32,000 nt of DNA from Prochlorococcus sp. MIT 0801 (GCF_000757865.1 NZ_CP007754.1:1710001-1742000), one strand, 5' to 3'. Positions 1 through 10,222 are shown, counted from the first letter of the stretch. Translations and numbers: made by a program. Notes: generated by a model from the letters alone, not told the origin.

Positions 1-273
1 CCTTTTGGAGAGGAAATAAGTTCAAAAAGGCTTGAGCAGATTGCGTTAGCAGAAGAATGGATAATTAATCAAGGTTTTTCAAAAGTACGTGTAAGAAGTC
101 AAGGTCTATCAGCCAGAATCGAATTACCCGCAAATCAAATAAATAACTTTCTTAAAATTGTTGAAAGAGACAAATTAATAAAATATTTTTTATCTTTAGG
201 TTTCAATTCAATAAGCCTAGATCTTGAAGGTTTGATTAGTGGAAAACTCACTAGAGATATCAAGACTACTTAA
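1..273 (+). CDS. C-terminal fragment of a LarE-like PP-loop ATP pyrophosphatase (5' end outside window)
   Basis: Frame 1 is open from base 1 to TAA at 271-273. My translation is ...FSKVRVRSQGLSARIELPANQ...FNSISLDLEGLISGKLTR. It resembles the VRVR-x-G-x-ARIE and LDLEG-x-x-SG C-terminal motifs I recall for this family. It is absent from the ORF track because no start codon lies in the window. Confidence 0.55.
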   Translation, partial: PFGEEISSKRLEQIALAEEWIINQGFSKVRVRSQGLSARIELPANQINNFLKIVERDKLIKYFLSLGFNSISLDLEGLISGKLTRDIKTT

Positions 274-313
274 CAAATAAACTCAGATGTCGAGAAGATG
301 TTGTATTGATTTT

Positions 314-336
314 AACCTTGCATTTTAATCAAGGTT
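314..336. terminator. Weak hairpin in the convergent gap between the LarE-like gene and speD
   Basis: aaccttg (314-320) pairs with caaggtt (330-336) across a 9-nt loop and overlaps the speD stop codon. An alternative ttgatt/aatcaa stem is also possible. There is no clear U-tract. Confidence 0.2.
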
Positions 337-805
337 CACGATGCAAAGTTTGGATTCTTGAAGGGATTTCTCTTTCGATATTTTTAAAAGAAAAGTGCTG
401 AGCCAAAAAATTTTTAAAGAGTAACTTACAAGCTTTTTCAGGCATCGTATGGTCACCACAAGTGAAAACATCAATAGCTGCATAACCAATTTCAGGCCAA
501 GTATGTATGGAGATATGAGATTCAGCCAATAAAGCTAGTCCTGTTACCCCCTGAGGTTTAAAGCTATGTGTGACCAAATTTAAAAGTGTTGCACCAGCAA
601 TTTTGGCTGATGATGTGATGGTTGTCCTTATAAAAGCTTCATCATTAAGCTTCGCGTGATCGCATTGATATAGTTCAAGTATGTAATGCCTTCCAATATT
701 CTCACTAGAATTAGTTTGTATAATGTCTATATCTTTTGACTTACAAGAGTCACCCCATCCAGGATTTGGATGCAATTCGGAAAAAAAAGGATCCATATTA
801 TCCAA
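329..805 (-). CDS. speD: S-adenosylmethionine decarboxylase proenzyme (pyruvoyl-dependent, SpeH type)
   Basis: 158-aa ORF containing [14 protein letters not shown], the Glu-Ser self-cleavage site motif of class 1 AdoMet decarboxylases. The core begins near [12 protein letters not shown]. Confidence 0.85.
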   Translation of the reverse strand: MDNMDPFFSELHPNPGWGDSCKSKDIDIIQTNSSENIGRHYILELYQCDHAKLNDEAFIRTTITSSAKIAGATLLNLVTHSFKPQGVTGLALLAESHISIHTWPEIGYAAIDVFTCGDHTMPEKACKLLFKNFLAQHFSFKNIEREIPSRIQTLHREP

Positions 806-836
806 AAATCATTTCCACAATAACCGACGACTAGAT

Positions 837-1937
837 TCAACCAAAAGAATCTAATTCCATTAATTGTGAGTTTCGCACCCATTCACCTTCAAAAGATTCC
901 ACATGTGTTGCACTGATCAAACACTGATGTTTTTGACCGACAGCCTCTAAAAGCAATAATTGACGTTTGGGGTCTAGCTCAGCCAAAACATCATCTAAAA
1001 GTAAAATTGGAGATTTGCCATAAAGTGTTTTAATTAATTCTAATTCGGCCAATTTCAAAGCCAGCACAATAGTCCTCTGCTGACCAGCAGAACCAAAGCG
1101 TCTAGCATCTACATCATTTACTAAAAACCGTACATCATCACGATGAGGACCTACTCGACAATGGCCTGTCACCTCTTCCTCTGACCTCATTTCTAAAAGT
1201 TGCCGTTCAATACTCTCCATCCAAAGCCTTTCACTCTCTTCACCTTCAAGTTTACTACCCGGCATATATGTAATATCCAATTTCTCTTTACTATTACTAA
1301 GATATTTTTGCCAGTTTGAAGCTATTGGAAGTAGACGATCTAAAATACGACTACGTCTCCGATGAATTCTTGTACTCACCAACGCCATTTGCATATCATA
1401 AGAATCCAATAGAATATTTTGATCCTTGCTCGATTCAACGCTCAAATTGCGCCAAAGCTGACTTCTTTGCCTCAGCAATCTAGAAAACCTTCCGATCAAG
1501 TCACAATAAATAGGCTCCAGTTGCTGGACAATTCTATCTAACCAATTTCTTCTAAGAGAAGGTTCTCCTCTAATTAATTCTAGATCCAGAGCACTAAAGC
1601 CTACGCTTCTCATCGGTCCAATCAAATCAATTTGACGAGTTAAAAGTTTTTCATTTTTGTAGGCTTTTCTACCACCTTTTCTATTTAATTCTAAGGAAAG
1701 TTTTTGATCATCTTCAATCATTGCAGATAAGAAAGCCTGATCTTGGTCCCAAAAAATTAAATCCTGGTTCCGATTCGATCGGTGAGAACGTAAACTAGAT
1801 AAAAGTTCTACTGATTCAAGAAGATTAGATTTACCAACTCCATTTTGGCCTATAACTATCAACCGATTTTCAGTTAACTCAAACTGAAAACGTCGATAAT
1901 TTCGAAAATTATTAAGTTCTAACTGATGAAGTTGAAT
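837..1937 (-). CDS. recF: DNA replication/repair protein RecF (start extended beyond the tracked TTG)
   Basis: Walker A GQNGVGKS, signature-like SAGQQRT and Walker B LLLDDV are present. The frame stays open upstream of 1862 and encodes [25 protein letters not shown], the conserved RecF N-terminus. An in-frame stop lies at 1944-1946. The only plausible initiator is ATT at 1935-1937. Confidence 0.85.
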   Translation of the reverse strand: MQLHQLELNNFRNYRRFQFELTENRLIVIGQNGVGKSNLLESVELLSSLRSHRSNRNQDLIFWDQDQAFLSAMIEDDQKLSLELNRKGGRKAYKNEKLLTRQIDLIGPMRSVGFSALDLELIRGEPSLRRNWLDRIVQQLEPIYCDLIGRFSRLLRQRSQLWRNLSVESSKDQNILLDSYDMQMALVSTRIHRRRSRILDRLLPIASNWQKYLSNSKEKLDITYMPGSKLEGEESERLWMESIERQLLEMRSEEEVTGHCRVGPHRDDVRFLVNDVDARRFGSAGQQRTIVLALKLAELELIKTLYGKSPILLLDDVLAELDPKRQLLLLEAVGQKHQCLISATHVESFEGEWVRNSQLMELDSFG

Positions 1938-2017
1938 GTTTCTTTATGTATTTTGTATGTAAGCTAATTTTAATAAGGTCTCAGCATTTGACCTTTTTTT
2001 AATAAGACCCCTTCGTT

Positions 2018-2091
2018 GGGCATGTAGCTCAGTTGGATAGAGCATCAGATTCCGGTTCTGAGGGTCGGGGGTTCGAGTCCCTCCATGCTCG
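2018..2091 (+). tRNA. tRNA-Arg (anticodon CCG)
   Basis: Hand-folded 74-nt cloverleaf. Acceptor stem gggcatg/catgctc includes one G-U pair. D arm gctc/gagc. Anticodon stem tcaga/tctga with loop ttCCGgt. T arm ggggg-ttcgagt-ccctc. Discriminator g. CCA is not encoded. Confidence 0.9.
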
Positions 2092-2104
2092 TAAATTTAA
2101 TTTT

Positions 2105-2557
2105 TCAAAGTCTAAATCCCATTGTTTTGATACCATTTGGGTCTAATAAAAACCCATTAGCTTTCAATGGATTAAGTGAAATTAACGGCGCAGCAACAGA
2201 AATGCTACAGCCAGGTAACTCCATTCTAATTATTTCAATTGCCTTAAAAACTACAATAGACATATATTTTTCTTGTTGCTCGCCTGGCTCTGCAATTAAA
2301 TCCCACAAATTTGCATTTAAACCTTTATCGCTAGTTACACGGACAAAACCTACAAGATTTTCAGAAGTCTTTTGAAGGAGAGTCAAATAAAAATCACTAT
2401 TTTTCAAAGCTAATTCTAATTTTCTTGGTTGATGAGTATCTTGGTTGCATCTTGATAGGAGCCTATTGATTTTACGTATAGAAATGAGTTCACTCCGAAG
2501 CAGAACAAAGCCATCAGGAATTTTAGGAGATTTATTTGCTGAATTTAATCCAAGCAT
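2105..2557 (-). CDS. Hypothetical 150-aa protein, possibly an acetyltransferase-like fold
   Basis: The ORF starts 1 nt after the ppc stop (TGA-c-ATG), so it is probably co-translated. I see no diagnostic motif, and the GNAT assignment is only a loose impression. Confidence 0.5.
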   Translation of the reverse strand: MLGLNSANKSPKIPDGFVLLRSELISIRKINRLLSRCNQDTHQPRKLELALKNSDFYLTLLQKTSENLVGFVRVTSDKGLNANLWDLIAEPGEQQEKYMSIVVFKAIEIIRMELPGCSISVAAPLISLNPLKANGFLLDPNGIKTMGFRL

Positions 2558-2558
2558 G

Positions 2559-5500
2559 TCATCCTGTGTTTCTCATACCTGCAGCAATACCATTTATAGT
2601 CAACAATGCACCACGCAATAATTCACTACGGCTATATGTACGTGAACTTTGAGTAGAGTCACTACTCATATCCTCACTAATTGGTGGTTGACGGTTCTGA
2701 TCTCTTAAGCGTTTAAGAAGAGCAACTTGTAAAAATCCTAAAGGTACAATAGTCCGATTTCTCAGGTTGACAGATAACTGCAAAGCAGGGTCTGCGCTTA
2801 ATAGTTTTGACTTGTCAGTAATTTCTAAAATTAATTTCTTAGTCAAGGTATATTCGCTTGAAATAATATCGAAAATTGCAGCGAAAGCATCCCGATCATC
2901 ACCGCCACCTAAACTAACCATATAATGATGGGCAACATCTAAATCAACTTTTGAGAGTGTCATCTCAACTTTAGAGATCAACATTCTAAAGAATGGCCAT
3001 CTCTGATTCAACATTCGCAACATCTCCATTTGGTCGGGGTCTGTCTTTAATTCAGTAGCTAAAGCCGTACCAACACCAAACCAACTTGGCAAGAGAAAAC
3101 GACTTTGAGTCCAACCAAAGACCCATGGGATAGCTCGAAGGCTTGATAAGTCTTTTGCACCACTCTTTCGTCGGGCAGGACGACTAGAAATTTGCAACTT
3201 ACTAATCTCTTCTATTGGAGTAACTACTTGAAAAAATTGAACCAAATCTGGATTGTCGTGAACTAAAGCTCGGTAATGCTCCCTTGAACGAGCTGCAAGT
3301 CTGGTCATCAATTCATTCCAACTTGGTGTAGCATCCAATTTATTGGTAACTAAGCTATTTTGAATAACTGCTGTAGTTACAGTTTCAAGATTATATAAAG
3401 CTAATTCTGGAAGACTATATTTTGAGGCAAGAACTTCTCCTTGCTCTGTTATTTTTATACGTCCTTGGAGTGTACCACTAGGTTGAGCCAAAATAGCTTG
3501 ATAAGCTGGTCCACCGCCTCTTCCTACAGACCCTCCTCTACCATGAAAAATACGTAATGCTATTCCTTGTCTACTAGCTAAGTCTTGGAGTGCAATTTGA
3601 GCCTTATGAATTTCCCAATTACTTGAGAGAAAACCAGAATCCTTATTACTATCAGAGTATCCAAGCATAAGTTCCTGAAGCGGTTGTTTTTTCTCTCCTA
3701 CTCGTGGAAGTAATTCACGATAAACATCTGTCTGGAGCAACGACTCCATTACAGAGGGAGCATGTTGTAAATCCTCAACCGTTTCAAATAATGGAACAAC
3801 GAGAAAATCAGAAGCTCCTAAAGTTGGATCAATCAAACCGGACTCTTTGGCTAAAAGAAGAACTTCTAATAAATCTGATGCCGTATGACTCATCGAAATT
3901 ACATACGAGCGACATATACGAGTACCAAATTCTTTCTGAAGCCTATGAAGCATATGAAAAACCGAGATAGTTTCTTGAGTACTTTTTGACCACTCAAAAG
4001 CAGGAGGAATCAGTGGTCTCCGAGTTTTTAATTCTTTCATCAACCATTGAACTCGACTTTCCTCGCTCATCGCTCCATACGACTCAGGTAGATCTAAATA
4101 GCAAGTGAGCTCATCCAAAGCATCACTATGTCGTGTGCTTTCTTGCCTAATATCTAAGCTAGCCAAAGAGAAACCAAAGATATGAACTTGATTTAGCAAA
4201 GTATCTAGTGGTTCACACGTTAGATCTGTACTTACTAGACTATTTCTAATAAGCTCTAATTCATTCTTTAATTCATCTACAGATTTGTAGTGGAGAAATT
4301 CATCAAAACTATTATCGGTAGATATTAAAGGCTTTCCATCAGGTGAGAATTGCCATCCAGCATCCGCTAGCTGCTTATTACGTAGCTGAGTAAGTCGTAG
4401 TCTCTCAAGTGTATAGCTAAGCTTCAATCGATAAGGTTCCAGTCGATATCTAGCAGCCCTTTCCTCATAGACATCGGGGAAACGAACTCTATCCATTTCT
4501 AATGACTCTAGCAAAGGAGAACTTACTTGACTCCATTGCATAGATATACTCAGTTGGTCTCTTAACTCTTGGACTGATGCAATGTATCTATCCAACATTA
4601 ATTGTCTTTGGTAACAGGCTGTTCTCCATGTGATTTCAGGAGTAACAGATGGATTCCCATCACGATCCGAGCCTACCCAAGACCCAAACGTACAAAAAGC
4701 TTCATTAGGGATCTCTACGTCTGGATAACTTGAAGCAAGTGCAGTGGTCAGTCTCCTTCTTAATTGAGGCATGGCATCAAACAAAACCTGCTGAAAATAA
4801 TGAAGGGCATAGTCAACCTCATCAAGAACAGTCGGTTTAAATTGATGAAGCTCATCGGTTCTCCACCAAAGCCTTATCTCCTCCTCTAGTTGCAACCTAA
4901 ATATTTCTTTCTCCGATTCGGAAATTAAACTATTAGATTGAAGTTGCTGCAAAAGAGTTGCAACCCTTCGTTGCTTATGGCGGACAGTATGTCTAACTAT
5001 TTCAGTTGGATGAGCTGTAAAAACAAGACGAATATCCATTTCCCTCATCAAACCATCAAGCTGAGCTGGAGGCACATTCAAACGACGTAATCTCTCAAAT
5101 AATTGTGTAAAAGTTGCTGGAGCAGTCTGACTAGCTAAAGCTGGAGCGAATGGATCTATTTGAGAATTACTATTGTCTAGCTTCCCTTTTTCTATGCTTT
5201 CTAAATAACTATCCTCTTCTATACGTTGCTCCAGAATATTTACCAACTGAAAATAAAGAGAAAAAGCCCTAGCAGCAGATATCGCCTCAGCTAAATCCAT
5301 TTTTGTAATCAATTGGACTATTGCCTGTGAGGAATTATCTTGATTTGACTTGCTAGGGTCACTTAATTGTTTTAATCGCAATAATCTCTCGGTTTGATCA
5401 GGTGGACATTCACTTTTGAGAACGGTTTTCCATAGATCCTCAACTAGTTCAAGCCTTTGTTGCAATAAAGATCCAGGATCTTGATCCTCAACACATACTG

Positions 5501-5579
5501 TCGAGTGATTAGAGATATTTTCGTTAGAAGGATTTTTCAACATAAACTTATTATGAGGCAGTTCTACCGACTTAGTCAC
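2559..5579 (-). CDS. ppc: Phosphoenolpyruvate carboxylase
   Basis: Motifs [20 protein letters not shown] and [14 protein letters not shown], plus the C-terminal GMRNTG. The start is either GTG at 5577-5579 or ATG at 5541-5543. Confidence 0.95.
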   Translation of the reverse strand: MTKSVELPHNKFMLKNPSNENISNHSTVCVEDQDPGSLLQQRLELVEDLWKTVLKSECPPDQTERLLRLKQLSDPSKSNQDNSSQAIVQLITKMDLAEAISAARAFSLYFQLVNILEQRIEEDSYLESIEKGKLDNSNSQIDPFAPALASQTAPATFTQLFERLRRLNVPPAQLDGLMREMDIRLVFTAHPTEIVRHTVRHKQRRVATLLQQLQSNSLISESEKEIFRLQLEEEIRLWWRTDELHQFKPTVLDEVDYALHYFQQVLFDAMPQLRRRLTTALASSYPDVEIPNEAFCTFGSWVGSDRDGNPSVTPEITWRTACYQRQLMLDRYIASVQELRDQLSISMQWSQVSSPLLESLEMDRVRFPDVYEERAARYRLEPYRLKLSYTLERLRLTQLRNKQLADAGWQFSPDGKPLISTDNSFDEFLHYKSVDELKNELELIRNSLVSTDLTCEPLDTLLNQVHIFGFSLASLDIRQESTRHSDALDELTCYLDLPESYGAMSEESRVQWLMKELKTRRPLIPPAFEWSKSTQETISVFHMLHRLQKEFGTRICRSYVISMSHTASDLLEVLLLAKESGLIDPTLGASDFLVVPLFETVEDLQHAPSVMESLLQTDVYRELLPRVGEKKQPLQELMLGYSDSNKDSGFLSSNWEIHKAQIALQDLASRQGIALRIFHGRGGSVGRGGGPAYQAILAQPSGTLQGRIKITEQGEVLASKYSLPELALYNLETVTTAVIQNSLVTNKLDATPSWNELMTRLAARSREHYRALVHDNPDLVQFFQVVTPIEEISKLQISSRPARRKSGAKDLSSLRAIPWVFGWTQSRFLLPSWFGVGTALATELKTDPDQMEMLRMLNQRWPFFRMLISKVEMTLSKVDLDVAHHYMVSLGGGDDRDAFAAIFDIISSEYTLTKKLILEITDKSKLLSADPALQLSVNLRNRTIVPLGFLQVALLKRLRDQNRQPPISEDMSSDSTQSSRTYSRSELLRGALLTINGIAAGMRNTG

Positions 5580-6718
5580 TAATAGGTTGAATTCATTTGA
5601 ATAAAATTTGTCTCTTCTCGTTCCATTTCACCAATACCATGCTGAAGCAGAGTCTGAATTGATACTCCTTTGGAATAAGAATCAAGCCATATCATTGATT
5701 GATTTCCATTGGTCAAAACAGATTCAATAGGTTGAAGTAACTCAAACATATCGAGCTCCTTAGCTAAAGGAGTTACATCCAATAGAAGTTCCTTTATCCA
5801 ATCACGACATTTGATTTGTTTCCCATTTTTCCAATGAGATAAATTGGCATCAAGACTTGATTTGGCTGCGATCAAATCATTTTCATCTGCCAATAGAGCC
5901 AATTCTTCTTGTGTTTTAGAGCTTGCTTCAATTGGATCAAATTTTTTCATGTTGTTTTTAAGATTAATAATCCTTAGTTCAAGTAACGCTGTAATGGCCA
6001 AAAGCAAGTCAGCGTTAGCTACCAAATCACATATCCTTAATTCCAATCGATTTAAGATATGTGGTCTTTCTGGACCATTTGGCCTTACTGATGTCCACAA
6101 ATGTCTTTCATTTTGCATACTGCCCTGACCTAGTTGCTCTTCAACCCATGCCACATAGTGTGGATGATCCACAAACATCGGAACATTGGAGGGTGTCTTA
6201 GGGAATTGAACCCATCTTTGAGAATGTGCACCCATCACATGTCCTGCTAAGAAAGGGGAACTAGCACTTAATGCAAGAAATAATGATGCCTCACATCTAA
6301 CCAAGCGGAGAGCCGAAAAAAGTAAGGATAAATTTTCAATACCTAAATTAATATGAATACTTGCTGTTACGACATTAGTGCCATAGTTTTTTTCTATAAA
6401 TGAGTGATAAGAATTTTCTAAATCTGACCTTTCAAAAATTTTTGTATTACCTAGACTAAGTGTGCTCCCAGGCAGAATTGTAAGTTTGTGAAAATCAAGC
6501 CATTTCCGAAGTTTTTGTCTTGGTAGTAAAAGTGCATGTTTTAAAACAGAGTATCTTTGATCTGGAACAGTTATGTACTCAAGATTTCTTTGATCCGGTT
6601 CTTTGACAAAATCTGATAGATCTTGAGTAATAGCAGAGGCAACACCCACATTTTCACCAGCATATGTGCCAGTAAAAAGCTCCACTTCAAACCCCTTTAA
6701 AAGCATACAGTTGGTCAT
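5579..6718 (-). CDS. gshA: Glutamate--cysteine ligase, cyanobacterial type
   Basis: The N-terminus [14 protein letters not shown] and the overall roughly 380-aa layout match my memory of cyanobacterial GshA. I chose ATG at 6716-6718 because it forms an ATGA overlap with the trpE stop. ATG at 6704-6706 is an alternative. Confidence 0.75.
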   Translation of the reverse strand: MTNCMLLKGFEVELFTGTYAGENVGVASAITQDLSDFVKEPDQRNLEYITVPDQRYSVLKHALLLPRQKLRKWLDFHKLTILPGSTLSLGNTKIFERSDLENSYHSFIEKNYGTNVVTASIHINLGIENLSLLFSALRLVRCEASLFLALSASSPFLAGHVMGAHSQRWVQFPKTPSNVPMFVDHPHYVAWVEEQLGQGSMQNERHLWTSVRPNGPERPHILNRLELRICDLVANADLLLAITALLELRIINLKNNMKKFDPIEASSKTQEELALLADENDLIAAKSSLDANLSHWKNGKQIKCRDWIKELLLDVTPLAKELDMFELLQPIESVLTNGNQSMIWLDSYSKGVSIQTLLQHGIGEMEREETNFIQMNSTY

Positions 6719-8256
6719 AAATCTTGGGGTTCTAAGCAAGCTAAAGCAGTAAACATCCCTTTGGCTTTATTTAAAGTTTCTTGATACTCATTAGAAGGAA
6801 TAGAATCTGCAACAACCCCTGCCCCAGCTTGAACTTCAACAGTAAAACTATTTTGATTGTTCTTACGTACTATCATTGTTCTGATAGTAATAGCAGTGTT
6901 CAAAGCTCCATTCAAATCTATAGACCCATAAACGCCGGAATAGGGCCCTCTACGTTGTTTTTCTAATTGATTGATTAGTTGCATTGCTCTTATCTTTGGT
7001 GCTCCACTTACGGTCCCAGCAGGGAAAGAAGCAATTAATAAGTCCCATATATCTTTTTCTTTTTTTAAAGTACCTTCAACCTCACTAACGATATGCATTA
7101 CATGCGAGTATTTTTCAATAACCATTAATTCTTTTACAACAACACTACCTGGGGCACAAACACGACCTAAATCATTACGACCCAAATCTACTAGCATCAC
7201 ATGTTCAGCTCGTTCTTTGGGATCTTTTAAAAGATCTTTCTCTAGGGCTGAATCCTCCAAGTCATTTTCACCTCTGGGACGAGTGCCTGCGATTGGTCTC
7301 AAGCTTGTTTGAATACCCTTTTCTGTTTGTTGGGCCTTGACCATTACCTCCGGGCTAGAGCCAATAAGTTGCCAGTCTCCAAAGTCAAAAAACGCCATAA
7401 ATGGAGAAGGGTTTACCATCCTCAGGCTTCTATATAGTTCAAAGGGTTTTTGCCTGACAGTCGATTCCAATTTTTGACTAAGAACTAACTGAAAAACATC
7501 GCCTTGCTTAATAAATTCTTTTGCCGCTTCAACACTATGTTCAAATTCACTTTTTGAGGTATTAATAGCGATGTCAAGAGATCTATTCGCTCTTCGATTC
7601 CACTTTAAAGACTTTATTGGCTTTAAAGGAGAAGCCATTAATTCTTCAAGTTCATTGATTTGTTTAAAGGCAATTTCATAAGCTTCTTCAGAAGAAACTC
7701 CATCACTTAAATTTCCATACGCAACAGCTGTTATTACGCGTTTGACTTGATCAAAAATAAGAATTTTATCCATAAACATCCAAATACCATCAGGTAGGTC
7801 TTGATCTGATAATTCATAAGTAGGCACTGAGGGCTCTATCCATTGAATTAGTTCATATCCCCACATCCCAAAAAGTTGTCCCAGCTGTGGCAAACCAGAC
7901 AAAGAAACAGATTTATAAGGTTCAAGCATTTTTCTGAGGATTTCAACAGGATTTCCATGGAACTTTTCTTGTGCTCCATTTCTCCAGCATCTAGTCAATT
8001 CATCGCCCCTTACTATTACCTTCCAAAGAGGATCTGATGCCACTAAACTCCACCTACCGATAGTTTCTCCACCCTCTACTGATTCAAGCAATACTCCTGA
8101 AGGAGAATCATTACCAACTTTCAACCAGGTTGTGAGAGGAGTTTCTAAATCTGCCGGCCAACTTTTTGCCAAAGGAACATAATTAGCCCCTCTGGACGCC
8201 GACAAAAGAAATTCTTCCTTATCTAAATTAAGCATGACTGCATAATGGCAGTCCAA
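6715..8256 (-). CDS. trpE: Anthranilate synthase component I
   Basis: Chorismate-binding domain signatures LRPIAGTRPRG, RGPYSGVYG and VQAGAGVVADS in a 513-aa ORF. The start may instead be the internal Met at 8235. Confidence 0.9.
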   Translation of the reverse strand: MDCHYAVMLNLDKEEFLLSASRGANYVPLAKSWPADLETPLTTWLKVGNDSPSGVLLESVEGGETIGRWSLVASDPLWKVIVRGDELTRCWRNGAQEKFHGNPVEILRKMLEPYKSVSLSGLPQLGQLFGMWGYELIQWIEPSVPTYELSDQDLPDGIWMFMDKILIFDQVKRVITAVAYGNLSDGVSSEEAYEIAFKQINELEELMASPLKPIKSLKWNRRANRSLDIAINTSKSEFEHSVEAAKEFIKQGDVFQLVLSQKLESTVRQKPFELYRSLRMVNPSPFMAFFDFGDWQLIGSSPEVMVKAQQTEKGIQTSLRPIAGTRPRGENDLEDSALEKDLLKDPKERAEHVMLVDLGRNDLGRVCAPGSVVVKELMVIEKYSHVMHIVSEVEGTLKKEKDIWDLLIASFPAGTVSGAPKIRAMQLINQLEKQRRGPYSGVYGSIDLNGALNTAITIRTMIVRKNNQNSFTVEVQAGAGVVADSIPSNEYQETLNKAKGMFTALACLEPQDL

Positions 8257-8296
8257 TATCTGTATTTAAATGGTACACAAGTTTAAATTGAATTAC

Positions 8297-8722
8297 TTAT
8301 GCATCGTATGTATTTTTACCGCTAAATTTCAAACTTGCTGGATTAGGATTTTCACCGATGCGTCTATTGTTGTAACCTTCTTTCAAGCGACCTTCATTGG
8401 GTTTCTCAGAGAAAACCCCATCTTTAGGGAAAAGTAATTCTCTATCTCCTCCAGGATAAATTCTATATATTTTACTTGTTTCAATTCTTGGTTTAAATCC
8501 CCTCAATTGAGTATTTAAAGCAAAACACTGCTCTTTCCTAGCAAAGTACATTAGATTTTCACCCTCGTGCATTACTGCAGCTCCTCCTGTTGGAAGTTCA
8601 AAAACCTCAGACGTTTTACTTGTCCATGTAATTGCATATTTTTCTTCCGTTTCAGCGGAGTTTAATAACCCACCAGTGCTACCAATGTGCTTTGGAAGTG
8701 TTCCAGGTAATACTTCGGTCAT
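8297..8722 (-). CDS. psaD: Photosystem I reaction centre subunit II
   Basis: 141 aa with [27 protein letters not shown]...FPKDGV and GENPNP, all characteristic of PsaD. Confidence 0.92.
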   Translation of the reverse strand: MTEVLPGTLPKHIGSTGGLLNSAETEEKYAITWTSKTSEVFELPTGGAAVMHEGENLMYFARKEQCFALNTQLRGFKPRIETSKIYRIYPGGDRELLFPKDGVFSEKPNEGRLKEGYNNRRIGENPNPASLKFSGKNTYDA

Positions 8723-8787
8723 GCTTTTAATTAAATCAACTTTTTCTTTATATTTTTAAATTAGCACTTTATTTTGTGCCTTTTGAC

Positions 8788-8816
8788 TCATTAGACGTCA
8801 ACTTCACACGCGTCAA
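8788..8816 (-). promoter_or_regulatory. Candidate sigma70-type psaD promoter: TTGACG-17 nt-TAATGA
   Basis: On the minus strand, TTGACG (plus 8811-8816) is followed by a 17-nt spacer and then TAATGA (plus 8788-8793). This sits about 65 nt upstream of the psaD ATG. Identified by eye only. Confidence 0.3.
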
Positions 8817-8824
8817 CATTAACC

Positions 8825-10222
8825 TTAAAAATCAAATTCTTTTGATTCAGAAACAGGAAAAAATATTGTCATTCCACTATCTCGCCTATTAGTAAGACGT
8901 CCACCAAGGCTTTTCAAAAGTCTTTGAGTTGCAGCCTGACTGAGTTGCAGATTACCCGTAGCTGGATTCCAACTAAGTACTGGTCCAATTTCTTCATTGG
9001 AAACACTTTCTTTTAGTCCAGAATGAGTATTAGCTGAAAGTTGAGTTAAAATTTGAAGTTTTAGCCTCTGCCCAGCCGGCCTTAATTTCAAAGTTAATTC
9101 TCCACCCGCTTGTAATCCACGACTGTTCCTGTCAATAAGACCTGTCAACATTAATTCAAGTCCTTCTGAGTCACTCAAAACTTTGGGTAAATCCGGTGTG
9201 ATATCAAGAATAAGTGTCAAACTTTTTCGTTCTAACTGACTTTTCCAAACTGGAGATAGCATTGTTAGCATTTTCCCCAAATCGGTTAAAGCTAAATTTG
9301 TTTGTTTAGGCTTGCTTCTCTCTAGCTCCACTGCATTAAAAATTAAACCAAAACGATCAATTTGTTCCGTACATTCAATATCTATTTGCTTCAAACGTGT
9401 TTCAACGACTTTAGGTAAATCTTGCTTTCTTAAAAGAGATCTGATTAAAGTTCTTATTGTCGCCAAAGGAGTTCTTATTTCATGTGTTAAAGCCTCTAGT
9501 AAGGAAATTTCACTATTTTTTTCAGTAGATTTCTGATCAATAATTAAATTATCTGGCAAAGTTTGAATATTTAGACTTGGTGCAATATCTGCGAGTCGTT
9601 GAGATAATAGAGGCCAAAATACTTTAGATAAATCATCATTTGTTTTCAGCTGTCCCAACTCTTCAAGTGCATTTCGCAGATTATTTGCTTGGTCAACATT
9701 TTCAGTATTCAATCTATTATCAAGTAGTGTCAAAAGATCACTTAAAGTCTCGGGATCACTTCGCATTAATAATTTTCTCTCATGAGATTTACCTTCCAAA
9801 GCCAAAGCTATTTGAATTTCAGGTGTAATAACTATTAGTAATGGATCATTCCCATCTTCCTCAAGAAGAGACAAACGCTCATAGCAAGAAGAATCATTAT
9901 GAAAATCCACTGAGGCCGATTGACTGGGAGGCAACATCCCAATAGAAGGATTTGAAATGTTTAACAAGTCCTTAGGAGCCCACACCCATCCTTGAAATTT
10001 CTTAAGTAATTTAGGTTCGTAAAGCGCAGGCAAAGGTGAAGACAACCATAAACCTCTCGTAAGGTTCATTGGCAACAAAATATCCGACTGAAGAGTGTCA
10101 AGAGCTGCCCACCACATTCTTCTTACTGCGGATTCACTGCTTGTGGCATGAGGAACACCCATAGCCATTCTTTTTTGTAAAGCTTGGATAGTTACTAGAG
10201 GCGTGCTCACAAGAATCTCCAA
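8825..10222 (-). CDS. Soluble histidine-kinase homologue with intact H-box and degenerate ATP-binding domain
   Basis: H-box THEIRTPLATIRTL at about aa 246-259. The C-terminal region is homologous in layout to HATPase_c but lacks a D-x-G-x-G box, and G-x-G-L-G-L is replaced by TGNLQLS. No obvious transmembrane segments. The tracked start is TTG, and the ATG of MAMGVPH is an alternative. Confidence 0.7.
   Translation of the reverse strand: MEILVSTPLVTIQALQKRMAMGVPHATSSESAVRRMWWAALDTLQSDILLPMNLTRGLWLSSPLPALYEPKLLKKFQGWVWAPKDLLNISNPSIGMLPPSQSASVDFHNDSSCYERLSLLEEDGNDPLLIVITPEIQIALALEGKSHERKLLMRSDPETLSDLLTLLDNRLNTENVDQANNLRNALEELGQLKTNDDLSKVFWPLLSQRLADIAPSLNIQTLPDNLIIDQKSTEKNSEISLLEALTHEIRTPLATIRTLIRSLLRKQDLPKVVETRLKQIDIECTEQIDRFGLIFNAVELERSKPKQTNLALTDLGKMLTMLSPVWKSQLERKSLTLILDITPDLPKVLSDSEGLELMLTGLIDRNSRGLQAGGELTLKLRPAGQRLKLQILTQLSANTHSGLKESVSNEEIGPVLSWNPATGNLQLSQAATQRLLKSLGGRLTNRRDSGMTIFFPVSESKEFDF

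Noticed and set aside
837-1862. Tracked recF boundaries with the TTG start at 1862
   Set aside because: This start would leave only 5 residues before the P-loop and would discard the conserved NFRNY N-terminus, which is encoded in-frame just upstream.
2085-2375. Plus-strand 96-aa ORF overlapping the 150-aa minus-strand ORF. The same applies to 3704-3970, 5844-6128, 6781-6966, 6971-7312, 9312-9536, 9640-9828, 11577-11795, 13231-13413, 13386-13568, 17387-17611, 19200-19424, 20133-20396, 20862-21236, 23086-23412, 27662-27901 and 29145-29327.
   Set aside because: All lie inside, or antisense to, well-supported genes with strong family motifs. Their products are low-complexity, so they are most likely shadow ORFs.
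8264-8288. Hairpin atttaaa/tttaaat between psaD and trpE as a psaD terminator
   Set aside because: The 7-bp stem is A-T only, the loop is 11 nt and there is no U-tract, so it is too weak to call.
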